This document shows, one piece after another, positions 23,258 to 30,582 of a stretch of DNA of 30,582 bases. The translations under genes and the position numbers were made by a program. How positions within the stretch are numbered: the first letter of the stretch is position 1; each line of letters opens with the position of its first letter. The notes beneath the pieces were generated by a model that was not told the origin of the DNA, did not search any database, and saw only the letters and a program-made list of their open reading frames with translations. The stretch is from Actinomycetota bacterium (GTDB lineage: Bacteria; Actinomycetota; Acidimicrobiia; IMCC26256; PALSA-610). The stretch covers positions 1 to 30,582 of the forward strand of contig JAUZEM010000050.1 of the NCBI GenBank assembly GCA_030839005.1, read 5' to 3'.

Positions 23258-23637
23258 CAGAGAATGCCTTGCCTCGGCGTGCACGCGAGCAGCACCGTGC
23301 GTTCCAACCCCGACTCACGGTGCTCGTGAGCCGCGTCGTACTCCTTCGACGTGGTCATCTCGACGAAGGACTTGCGGCTGGGGTACTGCACCAGCGCGAT
23401 CGCGTCCCACGCGTCGGCGTCGAGGTCGCCGATCAGGGTCTGGTCGACCTTGCCCATCCACAGCACCTTGCCGCCGCGCGCCTCGACCATCTGCACCGCG
23501 GCGCCGCCGTACTTGTTGTACTCCGAGACGCCCTCGCGCGGCTTGAACTTCAACAGGTTGAGCATCACGACCGGGCCCTCGTCGGGCGCGTTCGTGAGCG
23601 CGATGAACTGTTCCTTGTTCGGCCGGATACCACTCAT
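23257..23637 (-). CDS. DUF1330 family protein (dimeric alpha-beta barrel)
   Basis: GPVVMLNLLKF, YNKYG....VEARGGKVLW, WDAIALVQYPSRKSF..M...EY...HEHRESGL; ATG 23637 with GAGGGG RBS. Confidence 0.88.
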   Translation of the reverse strand: MSGIRPNKEQFIALTNAPDEGPVVMLNLLKFKPREGVSEYNKYGGAAVQMVEARGGKVLWMGKVDQTLIGDLDADAWDAIALVQYPSRKSFVEMTTSKEYDAAHEHRESGLERTVLLACTPRQGIL

Positions 23638-24182
23638 GTAACTGTCCCCTCGGTGAGATTGCGAACGACATCGGTGACCACGCGCCGCGCACGCGCGATG
23701 CTGCAACCCTGCGCGGTGCGCAAGCGATTCCACGCGTCCCAGCTCGTGACGAGCTCGAGCGCGTCGTGGGCATCACTCGTCAGCGCCGGGAACGTCGCCT
23801 CGAGCTGCCGCCGGAGCAACCGGTCGAGTCGCGCGAGATTGCGGGCGATTGCGGGCGAGTCGTGAATCGACAGCAGCGCCGCACGACGCACCGGTGTGAC
23901 CGCTTCGTAGAACGTCGCTCGCTGCTCGACCAGCTCATCGACGGTCGCGGCCGAGCCGATGAGCGGCGCGAATCGCTGCCATTGCCGCTGCGCCACCTCG
24001 GCGCGTAACGCCTCCACATCGGCGAAGTGGTTGTGCACCGAACGCGCGGATACGCCGGCGCGCGCCGCGACCTCGGGCACGCTCGGCCGCAACGCTCCGG
24101 CCTCGTAACACGCGAGCAGCGCGTCGACGATCGCCTCTCGATTACGCGTACCCCGGCCGACCCGGCCGTCCGCAACCGTCAC
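23634..24182 (-). CDS. TetR/AcrR family regulator
   Basis: RNREAIVDALL...PSVPEVAARAGVSARSVHNHFADVEAL; ATGA overlap with DUF1330. Confidence 0.9.
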   Translation of the reverse strand: MTVADGRVGRGTRNREAIVDALLACYEAGALRPSVPEVAARAGVSARSVHNHFADVEALRAEVAQRQWQRFAPLIGSAATVDELVEQRATFYEAVTPVRRAALLSIHDSPAIARNLARLDRLLRRQLEATFPALTSDAHDALELVTSWDAWNRLRTAQGCSIARARRVVTDVVRNLTEGTVT

Positions 24183-24199
24183 ATCCGAGAGTCTGCCAT

Positions 24200-24222
24200 T
24201 AGTTGCAGGCTTCCTGCAACTA
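24200..24222. promoter_or_regulatory. Perfect 10-bp inverted repeat, probable TetR operator
   Basis: TAGTTGCAGG-CTT-CCTGCAACTA between the divergent TetR and P450 genes, 4 nt upstream of a CAGACT -10 (minus strand, 24195-24190). Confidence 0.75.
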
Positions 24223-24250
24223 GTTCGGTCCCCGCTTCGGCGAAATCATG

Positions 24251-24266
24251 TGTGACCGATGTCACG
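24251..24266. promoter_or_regulatory. CRP/GlxR-type site candidate
   Basis: TGTGA-CCGATG-TCACG, a 9/10 match to TGTGA-N6-TCACA, centred about 45 nt upstream of the P450 start. Confidence 0.5.
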
Positions 24267-24303
24267 TGCCGCTCGTGGTGCCGGAAGGCGTACGGTCCTG
24301 CTC

Positions 24304-25557
24304 GTGACGACGAGCGAAACACCCGATACCGGTTACCTACCGGTGATGCTCAACCCCTTCGAGCCCGGCTACTTCGACGACCCGTATTCGCAGTACCGCC
24401 TGGTGCGCGAGCGGGACCCCGTACACCTCAGCCCGATCGGCGCCTTCGGGCTGTTCCGCTACGAGGACGTGCATCGCGTGCTGCGCGATCCGAGCCTCAG
24501 CGTCGAGGAACGGCACATGACGCCACTGGCGGCGACGGCCGACCCGGATATCGAGGCGATGCTCGTCGAGCGGCGCGAGGGCGGCACCCACACGATGCTC
24601 AACCTCGATCCGCCGGACCACCACCGGCTGCGCCGGCTGGTGTCGAAGGTCTTCACGCCCCACACCATCGAGGACCTGCGACCCCGAGTTCAGCAGCTGG
24701 TCGACGAGCACCTCGACGCCGCGTCTGCGACCGGATCGGACGTCGACCTCATCGCCGCCCTCGCGTTTCCCCTGCCGTTCATCGTGATCTCCGAGATGCT
24801 CGGCATTCCCGAGGGTCGTGATCGCTCCCAACTGCGGGAGTGGTCGGGGGCGGTCGTGAAGACGTTCGATCCGATCCTCACGCGCGAGGAAATACTCGCC
24901 TCCTTCGATGCGATCGACAACATCAACGCGTACATCAACGAGGTGATCGCCTGGAAACGCGAGCACCCGAGCGACGACCTGCTCAGTGCGCTGATCGCAG
25001 CCGAGGACGACGGCGACCGGCTCCGCGAGGTCGAGCTCATCGAACAAGTACTCCTGCTGTACGTCGCCGGGCACGAGACGACCGTCAACCTCATCGGGAA
25101 CGGCACACTCGCGCTGCTGCGCAACCGCGACCAGCTCGAGTTGATCGCGACCGACACGGCGGTCGACGCAACGTTCGTCGACGAGCTCCTGCGCTACGAC
25201 TCGCCCGTGCAGATGTCGCGCCGGATCACGCTGGCGCCGTACGAGATCGGTGACAAGACGATCGAGCCCGGCTCCATCCTCATGACCTGTCTCGGCTCGG
25301 CAAACCGCGACGCGGGCAAATGGGGTCCGACCGCCGATGCGCTCGACCTCCGCCGAACCGATGCGCGCGACCACATGTCGTTCGGCGGCGGGTTCCATTC
25401 CTGCCTCGGCGCCCATCTGGCCCGGCTCGAAGGTCAGGTCGCGATCACGACGCTCGTCCGCCGCCACCCGGGCGTCGCCCTCGCCACCGACACCCCCGTT
25501 TGGAACGGCCGGATCGTGCTCCGTGGCCTGGCGGAGCTGCCGGTAACCCTGTCCTGA
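24304..25557 (+). CDS. Cytochrome P450
   Basis: LNLDPPDHHRLRRLV, AGHETTVN, DELLRYDSPVQ, FGGGFHSCLGAHLARLEG. GTG 24304 is favoured (TACGGT 7 nt upstream); ATG 24346 is an alternative. Confidence 0.95.
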   Translation: MTTSETPDTGYLPVMLNPFEPGYFDDPYSQYRLVRERDPVHLSPIGAFGLFRYEDVHRVLRDPSLSVEERHMTPLAATADPDIEAMLVERREGGTHTMLNLDPPDHHRLRRLVSKVFTPHTIEDLRPRVQQLVDEHLDAASATGSDVDLIAALAFPLPFIVISEMLGIPEGRDRSQLREWSGAVVKTFDPILTREEILASFDAIDNINAYINEVIAWKREHPSDDLLSALIAAEDDGDRLREVELIEQVLLLYVAGHETTVNLIGNGTLALLRNRDQLELIATDTAVDATFVDELLRYDSPVQMSRRITLAPYEIGDKTIEPGSILMTCLGSANRDAGKWGPTADALDLRRTDARDHMSFGGGFHSCLGAHLARLEGQVAITTLVRRHPGVALATDTPVWNGRIVLRGLAELPVTLS

Positions 25558-25573
25558 CCCCCGTTCGATATAT

Positions 25574-25589
25574 GAGTGAGGGCTCACTC
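25574..25589. promoter_or_regulatory. Palindromic TetR operator candidate
   Basis: GAGTGAG-GG-CTCACTC with perfect arms, just upstream of the TATCGT -10 (25593-25598). Confidence 0.75.
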
Positions 25590-25606
25590 CGCTATCGTGG
25601 GGGGTC

Positions 25607-26194
25607 ATGACCGTGCCTGCGCTGGCGACGAAGACGAAACGGGCCCCCGCCCTCGCCCCCGACCAACGGCGGGCGATGATCGTCGCGGCGACGCTGCCGC
25701 TGCTGCTCGAGCACGGCGACCGGGTCACGAGCCGGCAGATCGCGGACGCGGCCGGCATCGCCGAGGGCACGATCTTTCGGGCCTTCGCCGACAAGGACGA
25801 GATCATCGCGGCGGTCGTCGAGTCCGCGCTCGACCCCGAGCCGCTCGAAGCGGCCTTGAACGCCATCCCCGACGGACTGGACTTCGAGGAGGGACTCGCC
25901 GCCGCGGTCGTGATCATGCAGCAGCGCGTCATCGACATGTGGAGACTCGTGTCGAGCGTCGGCACGCGGTTCCACGAGATGACGCGGCGCCCGATGGCCG
26001 ACAGCGACGCGCTCGTCCGCAGGTTCGAGGCGAGCCGCGCCCGGATCACGGTCGAGCCGATCGTCGCGGCGCGGTTGCTGCGCGCGCTCACATTGTCGAC
26101 AACGCATCCGATGCTCGCCGGCGAACCGAGGTCGCCCGCCGAGCTCGTGCACCTGTTCCTGCACGGCGTCGCGGTTCGGAGTCAGTCGTGCTGA
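25607..26194 (+). CDS. TetR/AcrR family regulator
   Basis: RRAMIVAATLPLLLEHGDRVTSRQIADAAGIAEGTIFRAFADKDEII. Confidence 0.92.
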   Translation: MTVPALATKTKRAPALAPDQRRAMIVAATLPLLLEHGDRVTSRQIADAAGIAEGTIFRAFADKDEIIAAVVESALDPEPLEAALNAIPDGLDFEEGLAAAVVIMQQRVIDMWRLVSSVGTRFHEMTRRPMADSDALVRRFEASRARITVEPIVAARLLRALTLSTTHPMLAGEPRSPAELVHLFLHGVAVRSQSC

Positions 26195-27924
26195 CGCGTC
26201 TCCTGAAGTCGCACCTCGGCCCCTACCACCGGGCATTGTGGTTGATCGTCGTCCTGCAGACGGTGCAGACCTCGGCCGCGTTGACGCTGCCAACCATCAA
26301 CGCGCGCATCATCGACAAAGGCGTCATCGCCGGAAACACGCACTACATCTACACGTGGGGCGCGATCATGTTGTTCTTCGCGCTCGTCCAGGTTGTGTTC
26401 TCGGTCGCCGCGGTCTACTGGGGCGGCAAGGTCGCGATGAGTTTCGGGCGCGACCTGCGCAAGAACCTCTTCCACAAGGTCACCGACTTCTCCGCACGCG
26501 AAGTCGGCACGTTCGGTGCACCGTCGCTGATCACCCGGATCACGAACGACGTGCAACAGGTGCAGATGCTCGTCGTGATGGCGTGCACCATGGCAATCGC
26601 CGCGCCGATCACGATCGTCGTCGGCGTGTTCATGGCGCTCCGCCAAGACGTCGGATTGTCGATCGTCCTGGTCGTGGCCATGCCGGTCGCGGGCGTGGTC
26701 CTCGGCCTGCTCGTGTCGCGGATGGTGCCCGCCTTCCGGTTGATGCAGGAGCGGATCGACCAGGTCAACCGGGTGCTGCGCGAGCAGATCACCGGCATCC
26801 GTGTGGTCCGGGCGTTCGTGCGCGAGCCGCAGGAAGCGGAGCGGTTCTCGGAGGCGAACGCCGACCTCACCGCGGTGTCGCTGCGCGCCGGCCGTTTGAT
26901 GTCGTCGATGTTCCCGACCGTGAACCTTCTGATCAACCTGTCGTTCGTCGGCGTGCTGTGGCTGGGCGCGGGCCGGGTGAACTCGGGGCGGATCGAGGTC
27001 GGAACCCTCGTCGCGTACCTCTCCTACCTCGTACAGATCCTCATGTCGGTGGTGATGGCCACCTTCATGATCTCGATGATCCCGCGCGCATCGGTGTCGG
27101 CCGATCGCATTCAGGAAGTGCTCGACACGGATCCGAGCGTGGTTCCCCCCGTCGATCCGGTGCGTGAGGTGCTCGAGCACGGCGCGCTCGAGTTCGAAGG
27201 CGTCGGCTTCCACTACCCGGGGGCCGAGCATCCCGTGTTGTGCGACGTTTCCTTTGCGACCGCACCCGGTCAGACCACGGCCATCGTCGGGAGCACGGGC
27301 GCGGGCAAGTCGACATTGGTGAACCTGATCCTGCGGTTGTTCGACAGCACCGAGGGCACCGTCAAGGTTGGCGGCGTCGACGTGCACGACCTCGACCCCG
27401 ACGTGCTGTGGAGCACGATCGGTCTCGTGCCGCAGCGTCCCTATCTCTTCTCCGGCACGGTCGCGAGCAATCTGCAGTACGGCAAGCCGGACGCCACCGA
27501 GGACGAGATGTGGGAGGCGCTCGAGGTTGCGCAGGCCGCCGACTTCGTGCGCTCGATGCCCGGCGGCCTAGACGCGCGCATCGAGCAGGGTGGCACGAAC
27601 GTGTCCGGCGGGCAGCGCCAGAGGCTGTCGATCGCGCGTGCGCTCGTGCGCAAGCCCGACATCTACGTGTTCGACGACTCGTTCTCGGCGCTCGACCTCA
27701 CGACCGATGCCCGGCTGCGCGCCGCGCTCGGCCCGTACACGAAGGACTCCGCGGTCGTGATCGTCGCGCAGCGGGTGTCGACCATCTCGACCGCCGACAA
27801 CATCCTCGTCCTCGAAGACGGCGTCGTCATCGGCCGCGGTACGCACGCCGAACTGATCAAGGACTGCCCGACCTACGCAGAGATCGTGCAATCGCAGATC
27901 GGCGAGAAGAGCGCGGCGGCATGA
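26188..27924 (+). CDS. Heterodimeric ABC transporter subunit, TMD plus degenerate NBD (Rv1273c/TM287-like)
   Basis: GTG 26188; six TM helices; GSTGAGKS, VSGGQRQR; degenerate Walker B FDDS and switch AQR. Confidence 0.93.
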   Translation: MLTRLLKSHLGPYHRALWLIVVLQTVQTSAALTLPTINARIIDKGVIAGNTHYIYTWGAIMLFFALVQVVFSVAAVYWGGKVAMSFGRDLRKNLFHKVTDFSAREVGTFGAPSLITRITNDVQQVQMLVVMACTMAIAAPITIVVGVFMALRQDVGLSIVLVVAMPVAGVVLGLLVSRMVPAFRLMQERIDQVNRVLREQITGIRVVRAFVREPQEAERFSEANADLTAVSLRAGRLMSSMFPTVNLLINLSFVGVLWLGAGRVNSGRIEVGTLVAYLSYLVQILMSVVMATFMISMIPRASVSADRIQEVLDTDPSVVPPVDPVREVLEHGALEFEGVGFHYPGAEHPVLCDVSFATAPGQTTAIVGSTGAGKSTLVNLILRLFDSTEGTVKVGGVDVHDLDPDVLWSTIGLVPQRPYLFSGTVASNLQYGKPDATEDEMWEALEVAQAADFVRSMPGGLDARIEQGGTNVSGGQRQRLSIARALVRKPDIYVFDDSFSALDLTTDARLRAALGPYTKDSAVVIVAQRVSTISTADNILVLEDGVVIGRGTHAELIKDCPTYAEIVQSQIGEKSAAA

Positions 27925-29831
27925 CGATCATCGACGACCACGCCGAACAAGACCAAGAAGAGCTCGACCTCGCCGCGCCGGAGATCCGCGCCGCCGGCCG
28001 CTGGAACTCGGCAGGCGTTCCCGGTGAGCGTTCGAAGGACTTCAAGAACGCGCTCCGGCGGATGGTCCGCATGCTCGGCCCGATGCGGTTCGTGCTCGGC
28101 ATCGTCTTCGTCGTCGCCATCGCGAGCGCGACCCTGAACGTCTTCGGGCCACGCGTGCTCGGCCACGGCACCGACATCATCGTCCAAGGCGTGCGCAACC
28201 ATCACATGGACTTCGGCGCGTTGCATCACGTGCTGATCCAGGCGATCGTGCTGTACGCAGCGTCCTCCGGGTTGTCGATTATCGCGGCCTACATGTTGGC
28301 CGGTGTCATTCAACGGCTCATGTTCACGTTGCGCTCCGACGTCGAGAACAAGGTGAGCGCGCTGCCGCTCAGCTACATCGACCGGCAGTCGCGCGGCGAT
28401 CTCCTCAGTCGCGTCACGAACGACATCGACAACGTGGCCCAGAGCTTGCAACAGACACTGAGCCAGATGCTCACCTCGGTGCTCTTGCTCATCGGTACCG
28501 CGGTGATGATGTTCACGATCTCGCCGCTGCTCGCGGTGGTCGCGCTCACGACGGTCCCGGTTTCGATCTGGGGCATGCGCGCGGTCGCGCGGCGGTCGCG
28601 CCCCAAGTTCATCTCGCAGTGGAAGAGCACGGGGATGCTGAACTCCCAGATCGAGGAGACGTTCACCGGCCACGCGGTGGTGAAGGCATTCGGTCGCCAG
28701 CGCGAGGTCGAACAGCGCTTCCGAGACACCAACGACGAGCTGTACGAATCATCGTTCGGCGCGCAGTTCATGTCGAGCCTCATGCAACCGCTCACGATGT
28801 TCATGGGGAACATCCAGTACGTGATCGTCGCGGTGGTCGGCGGTCTGCGGGTGGCGAGCGGCGCGATCACCGTCGGCGACATCCAGGCGTTCGTCCAGTA
28901 CTCCCGCCAGTTCTCGATGCCGCTCACGCAGGTGGCTTCGATGATGAACGTCTTCCAGTCGGGCATCGCATCGTTCGAGCGCGTGATCGAATTCCTCGAC
29001 GCCGAGGAGCAGAGTCCCGACGCGGCGGCGAGCGTGAATCCGCCGGCAGTGCGCGGTCGCGTCGAGTTCCGCGACGTCACGTTCTCCTACGACCCGAACC
29101 GGCCGCTCATCGAGTCCTTGTCGCTGGTCGCCGAGCCCGGTCAGACCGTCGCCATCGTCGGGCCGACCGGTGCGGGCAAGACCACGCTCGTCAACCTGAT
29201 CATGCGCTTCTACGAGCTGGACGACGGCGTCATCACGCTCGACGGACGCGACATCGCGTCGATCCCGCGCCGGGAGCTCCGGTCGAACATCGGGATGGTG
29301 CTGCAGGACACGTGGCTGTTCGGCGGCAGCATTCACGACAACATCGCCTACGGCAATCCGGACGCGACCGAGGAGCAGATCCTCGAGGCGGCGCGCGCGA
29401 CCTACGTCGACCGTTTCGTGCACTCCCTGCCCGACGGTTACAACACGCTCATCAACGAAGAGGCCGACAACGTCAGCGCGGGCCAGAAGCAGTTGCTCAC
29501 CATCGCTCGCGCGTTCCTCGCCGACCCGGCCATCCTCATCCTCGACGAGGCGACGAGCTCGGTCGACACCCGCACCGAGGTCCTCATCCAAGAGGCGATG
29601 AACGCGCTACGCAGGGAGCGCACCAGCTTCGTCATCGCACACCGGCTGTCGACGATCCGCGGTGCCGACGTCATCCTCGTGATGGAGAACGGGCGCATCG
29701 TCGAACAGGGCTCGCACAACGAGTTGCTAAGCCACGACGGTCCGTACTTCCGGCTCTACAACTCGCAGTTCGTGGCGCCCGTCGTCGACATCGACGGCGA
29801 CTCGCCTGATCGGCAACTCGAACACCGCTAG
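27921..29831 (+). CDS. Heterodimeric ABC transporter subunit, TMD plus canonical NBD (Rv1272c/TM288-like)
   Basis: ATG 27921 (ATGA overlap); RGDLLSRVTNDIDN, GPTGAGKT, VSAGQKQ, ILDEATSSVD, IAHRLST. Confidence 0.93.
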   Translation: MTIIDDHAEQDQEELDLAAPEIRAAGRWNSAGVPGERSKDFKNALRRMVRMLGPMRFVLGIVFVVAIASATLNVFGPRVLGHGTDIIVQGVRNHHMDFGALHHVLIQAIVLYAASSGLSIIAAYMLAGVIQRLMFTLRSDVENKVSALPLSYIDRQSRGDLLSRVTNDIDNVAQSLQQTLSQMLTSVLLLIGTAVMMFTISPLLAVVALTTVPVSIWGMRAVARRSRPKFISQWKSTGMLNSQIEETFTGHAVVKAFGRQREVEQRFRDTNDELYESSFGAQFMSSLMQPLTMFMGNIQYVIVAVVGGLRVASGAITVGDIQAFVQYSRQFSMPLTQVASMMNVFQSGIASFERVIEFLDAEEQSPDAAASVNPPAVRGRVEFRDVTFSYDPNRPLIESLSLVAEPGQTVAIVGPTGAGKTTLVNLIMRFYELDDGVITLDGRDIASIPRRELRSNIGMVLQDTWLFGGSIHDNIAYGNPDATEEQILEAARATYVDRFVHSLPDGYNTLINEEADNVSAGQKQLLTIARAFLADPAILILDEATSSVDTRTEVLIQEAMNALRRERTSFVIAHRLSTIRGADVILVMENGRIVEQGSHNELLSHDGPYFRLYNSQFVAPVVDIDGDSPDRQLEHR

Positions 29832-30582
29832 CCGAATATTCGGCCCGCGTGCATAAGCGCGCAGACGTCCATGGTGAACGCGATCGAGATATGGAGCGCG
29901 GCGCCCCACCACACCGATCGCGTCTTCAGGCTCAGCGTCCCGAGCACGATCCCGCCCACGATCGCGGCCAGCGCCTCGGGCATCGGCTTGCCATAGTGGA
30001 GCATGTTGTACGGCAACGCCATCGCGAAGATCGCGGCCCAACCGAGGCGCGGCGCGAGGCCGTGCAGGAGAAAGCCCCGGAAGAAGAACTCCAGCGCGCA
30101 GAACTGCAGCCAGTAGAGCACCCACCACGCGTACATGTACGGCCAGAGCGAGTGGCCGGCCGCGGGGTGGAAGAACGGGTAACGCTCCTGGAACGACGGT
30201 ATGAACGACGCCGCCACGATCACCGGCCCCGCGATCGCGTACACCGCCGCATAGACCCGGACGTGCGAGAGCATCCCCTGCACGCGTACGCCGTAGTCGC
30301 GCAGGTGCTCGCGGAACACGACCTTGATCACGAACACCGCGGGCAACGAGTACGCCGAGATGACGACGACCGCCCAGAAGGCGAGCCGGTTGAAGTCGTT
30401 GTGGCCCGAGAAGAACATCGCGTCGTGCAGGCGGGTCGCGAGTCCGCGCAGACCGACCGTGCGCAAGATGCGCTCGAGCCACTGCGGCCGGCTGCCGTCG
30501 GAGAGGAAATTCGAGCACGTCAGCGCGACCGCGGCCGTCACGAAGACGACCACCATCTTGCGATCGGTCGCCCGGGTCGTCG
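29828..30582 (-). CDS. CPBP-family intramembrane glutamic/metallo-protease (possibly 5'-truncated)
   Basis: LEFFFRG, MLHYGKPMPEA and GAALHISIA motifs with multiple TM helices; the frame stays open from 30556 to the window edge. Confidence 0.85.
   Translation of the reverse strand, partial: TTRATDRKMVVVFVTAAVALTCSNFLSDGSRPQWLERILRTVGLRGLATRLHDAMFFSGHNDFNRLAFWAVVVISAYSLPAVFVIKVVFREHLRDYGVRVQGMLSHVRVYAAVYAIAGPVIVAASFIPSFQERYPFFHPAAGHSLWPYMYAWWVLYWLQFCALEFFFRGFLLHGLAPRLGWAAIFAMALPYNMLHYGKPMPEALAAIVGGIVLGTLSLKTRSVWWGAALHISIAFTMDVCALMHAGRIFG

Noticed and set aside
29828-30582. Abi phage-defence gene
   Set aside because: The Abi label on CPBP proteases is a historical misnomer, and there is no defence context here.

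Overview
High-GC (roughly 70% by eye, not computed), densely coding chromosomal segment of an actinobacterium, probably Acidimicrobiia (inferred from gene content and protein style). About 33 real genes; most of the supplied long ORFs are GC-rich shadow frames. No rRNA, tRNA, CRISPR array, integrase or transposase is visible. Content: (i) lipid/steroid/xenobiotic catabolism: KstR-like TetR, three further TetRs, two cytochromes P450, three hot-dog thioesterases, a Rieske ferredoxin, a sulfatase, an alpha/beta hydrolase and an Rv1273c/Rv1272c-like ABC heterodimer; (ii) a stand-alone Prim-PolC/LigD-type polymerase; (iii) a translationally coupled asnB plus CofE-like ligase pair; (iv) a KimA-type K+ transporter fused to an OB fold; (v) an NrtR operon whose second gene fuses a NadD/CoaD-like nucleotidyltransferase to a YacP-like NYN RNase and is interrupted by an in-frame TAG in its catalytic motif. 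The best candidates for undescribed biology are the nucleotidyltransferase-NYN fusion and the AsnB/CofE-like pair. At least nine genes look leaderless (TANNNT 6-8 nt before the start codon), and several palindromic operators can be read directly from the DNA.
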